A stretch of DNA of 62,337 nt, the filler included, from Nitrospirae bacterium CG2_30_53_67 (lineage in GTDB: Bacteria > CG2-30-53-67), in the NCBI GenBank assembly GCA_001873285.1. It is 5 parts of 5 records of this genome, joined end to end, with 100 filler letters (N's around TTAATTAATTAA, not from the genome) between each part and the next. Parts side by side here need not be neighbours in the genome. Positions count along the whole stretch, not along the records: positions 35,738 to 62,337 come from MNYV01000142.1; 4 more parts are not named here. One strand, 5' to 3'. This document shows positions 58,276 to 62,337 of the stretch, piece after piece; the stretch's first letter is position 1; every line of letters begins with the position of its first letter. A model generated the notes under the pieces. It was not told the DNA's origin. It ran no database searches and saw nothing but the letters and a program-made list of their open reading frames with translations. Both the position numbers and the translations under genes were made by a program.

Positions 58276-59985
58276 ATGCGCTGCTCCCAGCTTCTGATCC
58301 CGACGCTCAAGGAGGACCCGGCCGAGGCCGAGGTCGTGAGCCACAAATTCATGCTACGTGCCGGGATGATCCGGAAACTCGCGGCAGGCATCTACACCTA
58401 CCTTCCCCTGGGCTACCGGGTCATCCGCAAGGTGGAGAATATCATCCGTGAAGAGATGGACCGAGCCGGCGCCCAGGAACTTCTGATGCCCGCGGTCCAG
58501 CCCGCGGCCCTCTGGCAGGAGAGCGGCCGCTGGGAGCATTACGGGAGAGAACTCCTGCGCTTCAAGGACCGCAAGGATACCGAATTCTGCATCGGCCCCA
58601 CGCACGAAGAGATCATCACCGATCTGGTGAGGATGAATGTCCGATCCTACCGGGAACTCCCGCTCAATCTCTATCAGATCCAGACCAAGTTCAGGGACGA
58701 GATCCGCCCTCGGTTCGGGCTCATGCGCGGCCGGGAGTTCATCATGAAGGACGCCTACAGTTTCGACCGGGACGAGGCCGGGGTTGATGAGAGCTACCAG
58801 AAGATGTACAAGGCCTACTGCCGGATCTTCGAACGCTGCGGCCTTGAATTCCGGGCCGTGGAGGCCGACACCGGCGCCATCGGAGGGAGCTTCTCCCACG
58901 AGTTCATGGTCATGGCCGACACGGGCGAGGACACCATCGCCTGCTGCGACACCTGTGGTTATGCGGCCAACATCGAACGGGCCGAGATTCGGGAGGCTCC
59001 GGCGCCGGCATCCCGGGAACCCGAATCGGCGCTGGATCCGGTTGCGACACCCGGCAGGAAGAGTGTGAAAGAGGTTGCCTCGTTCCTGCACACCGCTCCT
59101 GAACGCCTGATCAAGACCCTGATCGTCATGGATGGGAAAGGCCATGCGGCGGCGGCCCTGGTTCGGGGCGATCATGATCTCAATGAGATCAAGCTCAAGA
59201 ACCATCTCGGATGGACCTCCATTCAAATGGCCGATGAGGAGACGGTCCGCAAGGTGACCGGCGGGCCGTCCGGATTTTCCGGCCCCGTGGGCCTGAAAGG
59301 GATCTCCGTGGTTGCTGATCCGGCCGTGAAGTCCATGAGCAACGCCGTAGCGGGCGCCAACCGCCAGGACATGCACCTTTGCAATGTGAACGTCCCAAGG
59401 GACTTCAGCCCGGAGATATTCAAAGACATCCGTATCGCTAAGGATGGCGACGGCTGCTTCCGTTGCAGCGGGACGCTCCATCTCAGCCGGGGGATCGAGG
59501 TGGGACATGTCTTCAAGCTGGGGACCAAGTACAGCGAGGCCATGGGCGCGACCTTCCTCGACGAAGACGGCAAAAGCAAACCCATGATCATGGGCTGCTA
59601 CGGCATCGGCGTGGGAAGGACCGCTGCCGCGGCCATCGAGCAGAACCACGACCAGAACGGCATCTGCTGGCCCCTCCCCATCGCCCCCTTCTCCGTCCTG
59701 GTGCTTCCTCTGAACGTCAAGTCCGAAGAGGTGAAAAGAGCGGCCGAGAAGATCTATGAAGAGCTGAACCTGGAAGGGATCGATACCCTGCTTGACGACC
59801 GGAACGAGCGTGCGGGATTGAAATTCAAAGACGCAGACCTGATCGGCATTCCCTTGAGAGTCGTGATCGGCGACAAAGGGTTGAAGGACGGGATCGTGGA
59901 GATCAAGGAGAGAAAATCCGGAGAGGTCACAAAGGTCTCGCTGGCGAGTGCAACAGAGAGCATCCTGCAGATGATTCGGAAATAG
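58276..59985 (+). CDS. proS: Proline--tRNA ligase (with INS editing domain)
   Basis: [51 protein letters not shown]. Confidence 0.98.
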   Translation: MRCSQLLIPTLKEDPAEAEVVSHKFMLRAGMIRKLAAGIYTYLPLGYRVIRKVENIIREEMDRAGAQELLMPAVQPAALWQESGRWEHYGRELLRFKDRKDTEFCIGPTHEEIITDLVRMNVRSYRELPLNLYQIQTKFRDEIRPRFGLMRGREFIMKDAYSFDRDEAGVDESYQKMYKAYCRIFERCGLEFRAVEADTGAIGGSFSHEFMVMADTGEDTIACCDTCGYAANIERAEIREAPAPASREPESALDPVATPGRKSVKEVASFLHTAPERLIKTLIVMDGKGHAAAALVRGDHDLNEIKLKNHLGWTSIQMADEETVRKVTGGPSGFSGPVGLKGISVVADPAVKSMSNAVAGANRQDMHLCNVNVPRDFSPEIFKDIRIAKDGDGCFRCSGTLHLSRGIEVGHVFKLGTKYSEAMGATFLDEDGKSKPMIMGCYGIGVGRTAAAAIEQNHDQNGICWPLPIAPFSVLVLPLNVKSEEVKRAAEKIYEELNLEGIDTLLDDRNERAGLKFKDADLIGIPLRVVIGDKGLKDGIVEIKERKSGEVTKVSLASATESILQMIRK

Positions 59986-60024
59986 ATGTTGTGAATAGCG
60001 CACGCTTCTGCTATACTACGAACC

Positions 60025-60225
60025 ATGATTCCACAGGTTTCGCACGACTACAAAGAGGAGACCCTCGAAGCCAAGGCGATCTGGTTTCAGTCCTTGCATC
60101 TGTCCGAAAGGATGGATCTCCTCTGCTTCTTTACTGACCTGGCCCTGACCATCAATCCAAGACTGGCGGATATCAAGGATGCTCAACAGACTGGGCGACG
60201 TATTCAAGTCCTTTCAAAACCATAA
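60025..60225 (+). CDS. Small protein paired with the nucleotidyltransferase
   Basis: EETLEAKAIWFQSL..SERM; overlaps the next gene. Confidence 0.65.
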   Translation: MIPQVSHDYKEETLEAKAIWFQSLHLSERMDLLCFFTDLALTINPRLADIKDAQQTGRRIQVLSKP

Positions 60226-60634
60226 TGTGAAATACGTGGTGATCGGCGGCATTGCCTCCGTGCTCCACGGCGTTCCAAGGGCCACCTTTGATCTGGACAT
60301 ACTTATCGAGGCGACTCCGCAGAACGTTCAAAGCCTCCTTGATGCGCTGACCCATGCAGGCTTTGGAACCGCGAGCCTGACGAGTGTCCAGGAAATCCTT
60401 GCCAATGAAATCACCATATTCAAAGACCGCGTCCGCATCGATGTGCAGACATCTACACCGGGTCTTGACTTCAAAACAGCGTGGGACAAACGCGTCACCA
60501 TGAACTACAGTGGCCAAGAGTTCTACGTACTTTCCAAGGAAGATTTGATTTCATCCAAGCGCGCCGCAGGTCGAAAGGTTGACCTGGAGGATGTGAGACT
60601 TCTCGAACTTCCAAATTCCGATGAGAGCCGTTAA
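60179..60634 (+). CDS. Nucleotidyltransferase-fold protein (DUF6036-like)
   Basis: YVVIGGIASVLHGVPRATFDLDI, EDLISSKRAAGRKVDLEDV. Confidence 0.8.
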   Translation: MLNRLGDVFKSFQNHNVKYVVIGGIASVLHGVPRATFDLDILIEATPQNVQSLLDALTHAGFGTASLTSVQEILANEITIFKDRVRIDVQTSTPGLDFKTAWDKRVTMNYSGQEFYVLSKEDLISSKRAAGRKVDLEDVRLLELPNSDESR

Positions 60635-60718
60635 TTTCCTTCATGAAGGGGGCGGGGGGGCCGGACCACGGTATAATGACCATTATTATTTATAGAATGG
60701 TTTTTTCAGGAGTATGGC

Positions 60719-60988
60719 ATGAAAGATTTACAAGAGATTCTTCCGGTAACCAGGGTGAAGAAAGAGCTGCTTGAGATCATCAAGAGAATGGAGAGATTTG
60801 ATGAGGCGGTGGCGATCACCAGGAATGGCGTTCCCGTTAGTGTAATGATGTGTTTTGATCGATACGAGGGTTTGATGGAGACCATAGAAATTCTCTCTGA
60901 TCCGGCTACAATGAAGGCGCTGAAAAAATCAGTACAGGATTTCAATGAGAAGAGGACGATCAGTCATAAGGAGGCCTGGGAGGATTGA
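60719..60988 (+). CDS. Phd/YefM-family antitoxin
   Basis: LPVTRVKKELLEII..AITRNGVPVSVMM..YEGLMETIEILSD. Confidence 0.88.
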   Translation: MKDLQEILPVTRVKKELLEIIKRMERFDEAVAITRNGVPVSVMMCFDRYEGLMETIEILSDPATMKALKKSVQDFNEKRTISHKEAWED

Positions 60989-61275
60989 GCCCATACCGTT
61001 TGACCTATTCACAAGTCTGCCGAAGCCTGATTAAAAAGTTACATTCCAAGATCAAGCCTGCCCTGAAGAATGAAATTGAAAGATTGTCCGCCACACCTTT
61101 TCTCGGGAAACCTTTGATTGAAGAATTTGAAGGGTTTCATTCGCTTCCGTACAGACGCTATCGGATCATCTACAGAGTGAATAATCAAGAAAAGGTGGTC
61201 GAGATTCACTTTGTCGGGCATAGGAAGGACTTCTACGAAGACTTCCGAAAATTATTGAAGGGAGGTTTCAAGTAA
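60985..61275 (+). CDS. RelE/ParE-family toxin
   Basis: PFLGKPL..EFEGFHSL..RRYRIIYRV, VGHRKDFYE. Confidence 0.85.
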   Translation: MSPYRLTYSQVCRSLIKKLHSKIKPALKNEIERLSATPFLGKPLIEEFEGFHSLPYRRYRIIYRVNNQEKVVEIHFVGHRKDFYEDFRKLLKGGFK

Positions 61276-61344
61276 AAGAGTGAGGAGGGTCATTTCCGGA
61301 CGCGTTTCCATACGATTTTGGAAATACTTGTGTGGAAATACTTG

Positions 61345-61382
61345 TTGACATGATATGTTCGATCGAATACAATGTAATACAT
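61345..61382 (+). promoter_or_regulatory. sigma-70 promoter of the third TA pair
   Basis: TTGACA-N17-TACAAT; preceded by a 13-bp direct repeat TGGAAATACTTGT. Confidence 0.65.
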
Positions 61383-61401
61383 AAATATCAGGAGGTATTC
61401 C

Positions 61402-61620
61402 ATGACTACAGCAATATCCGTCAGACTAACGAAGTCCCTTGCAGAGCAACTCGACAACATCGCCAAGGAAACAGAGCGGCCGCGTTCCTTTATTATCCAG
61501 AAAGCATTAGAGTCCTACATCGAAGATTACGCGGATCTCCAGGTGGCCCTCGACCGTCTTCATGATAAAACCGATCCTATCATCACGGGCAAGGAACTGA
61601 GGAAGTCTCTTGGCTTATAA
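61402..61620 (+). CDS. RHH (CopG/RelB-like) antitoxin
   Basis: AISVRLTKSLAEQLDNIAKETERPRSFIIQKALESY. Confidence 0.88.
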   Translation: MTTAISVRLTKSLAEQLDNIAKETERPRSFIIQKALESYIEDYADLQVALDRLHDKTDPIITGKELRKSLGL

Positions 61621-61870
61621 TGTTGTTTACAAGAAATCGGTACACCGTGATTTAAAGAAAGTATCCCGGTCCGGAGCAGGACACATACTCTCCAAGATTG
61701 AAACCGAACTTTCAAAAAAAGCGGACAAGTATCCGGTTTTGAAGGGACAATTTGCGGGTCTTCGAAAGTATCGTATCGGAGACTACAGGGTGATCTACGC
61801 AATCGTTGGCCAAGACGTTCTTATTCTCAGAATCGGCCATCGGAGAGACGTGTATAAAAAAGAAATCTGA
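61610..61870 (+). CDS. RelE-family toxin
   Basis: LKGQFAGLRKYRIGDYRVIY, IGHRRDVY. Confidence 0.92.
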   Translation: MAYNVVYKKSVHRDLKKVSRSGAGHILSKIETELSKKADKYPVLKGQFAGLRKYRIGDYRVIYAIVGQDVLILRIGHRRDVYKKEI

Positions 61871-61876
61871 GAATTA

Positions 61877-62337
61877 TCAAGACTCCATATCCGTATTTTC
61901 AAATAGCCCGGCCCCCCTCTTCATTATCTTCGAAACTTTCAAAAAGACCGCAGAAACCAGAATCCCCGAACAGAAGAGGAACTTCCAGGAAATTCCGCTC
62001 TTCACCATGAACGATCCGAAGAGGACCAGGGGGATCAGCAGGATCCTGACTATGCCCCCAAGCAGCTGACTATCTGCAATGCGCTCGGCCAAGGGAGGGC
62101 TGTACTGATAGTATAAACGGACAAAGGCCCGTCCCGGCGAGTTGGTCATGAGGCAGCGGTCACGGAACTCCTGCAGGGTGCGGACATGCCTTTCCAAAGG
62201 GGATCCGAAGGCGGCCGTGGCGATGAAGCAGTTCCCGCCGCCTTTGCCGTCGCTGGCGGAGCCTGAGATGGTGATGGTCTCCGAGGTTCCAAAGAACCCC
62301 CGGGCATCGGTCGCTGTTACCGTGGCTGTTCCTTTCC
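61877..62337 (-). CDS. C-terminal part of a CFI-box-CTERM surface protein (5' end outside the window)
   Basis: [49 protein letters not shown] followed by TM. Confidence 0.8.
   Translation of the reverse strand, partial: KGTATVTATDARGFFGTSETITISGSASDGKGGGNCFIATAAFGSPLERHVRTLQEFRDRCLMTNSPGRAFVRLYYQYSPPLAERIADSQLLGGIVRILLIPLVLFGSFMVKSGISWKFLFCSGILVSAVFLKVSKIMKRGAGLFENTDMES

Noticed and set aside
58354..60003. 549-aa antisense ORF opposite proS (likewise 21306-22841, 24465-25493, 11150-12148, 12375-13391)
   Set aside because: Shadow ORFs expected from codon bias on the strand opposite well-conserved genes; no recognisable motifs
59986..61870. Integron cassette array
   Set aside because: No attC-like RYYYAAC...GTTRRRY palindromes seen between the modules

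Overview
A moderately GC-rich bacterial region that is really five contigs joined by four artificial 100-nt N/TTAATTAATTAA linkers (4546-4645, 10256-10355, 30261-30360, 35638-35737), so gene adjacency across these points is unproven. Gene content (hyb-type hydrogenase, multiheme cytochrome, sigma-54 promoters, F0-only atp cluster) suggests an anaerobic Nitrospirota- or Deltaproteobacteria-like metagenome bin; this is inference. The window holds a 7-heme cytochrome c/cytochrome b pair, a complete Hyb-type [NiFe]-hydrogenase operon with hypCABFDE, xerD, rodZ, fdhD/LysR, uppP, oppBC, lptF, atpI-B-E, gltX with tRNA-Gln and tRNA-Glu, glnS, pyrE, the rpsB-tsf-pyrH-frr-uppS-cdsA-dxr-rseP-ispG cluster, nth and proS. 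It also has two small accessory islets: TA plus a decayed R-M pair after tRNA-Glu, and a nucleotidyltransferase pair plus two TA pairs after proS. The most striking signal is intergenic. At least five families of small non-autonomous repeats are present; two have different termini and target duplications but share one internal core. Family A copies show compensatory changes and one core inversion, and the elements are themselves invaded by 21-90 bp micro-insertions. Other candidates are an operon with an EMC3/TMCO1(DUF106)-like membrane protein and an RLxxLGY-tailed mini-protein, a perfect 70-bp inverted repeat next to xerD, a two-promoter sigma-54 regulon, and a 37-bp duplication enclosing a sigma-70 promoter upstream of the hydrogenase operon.
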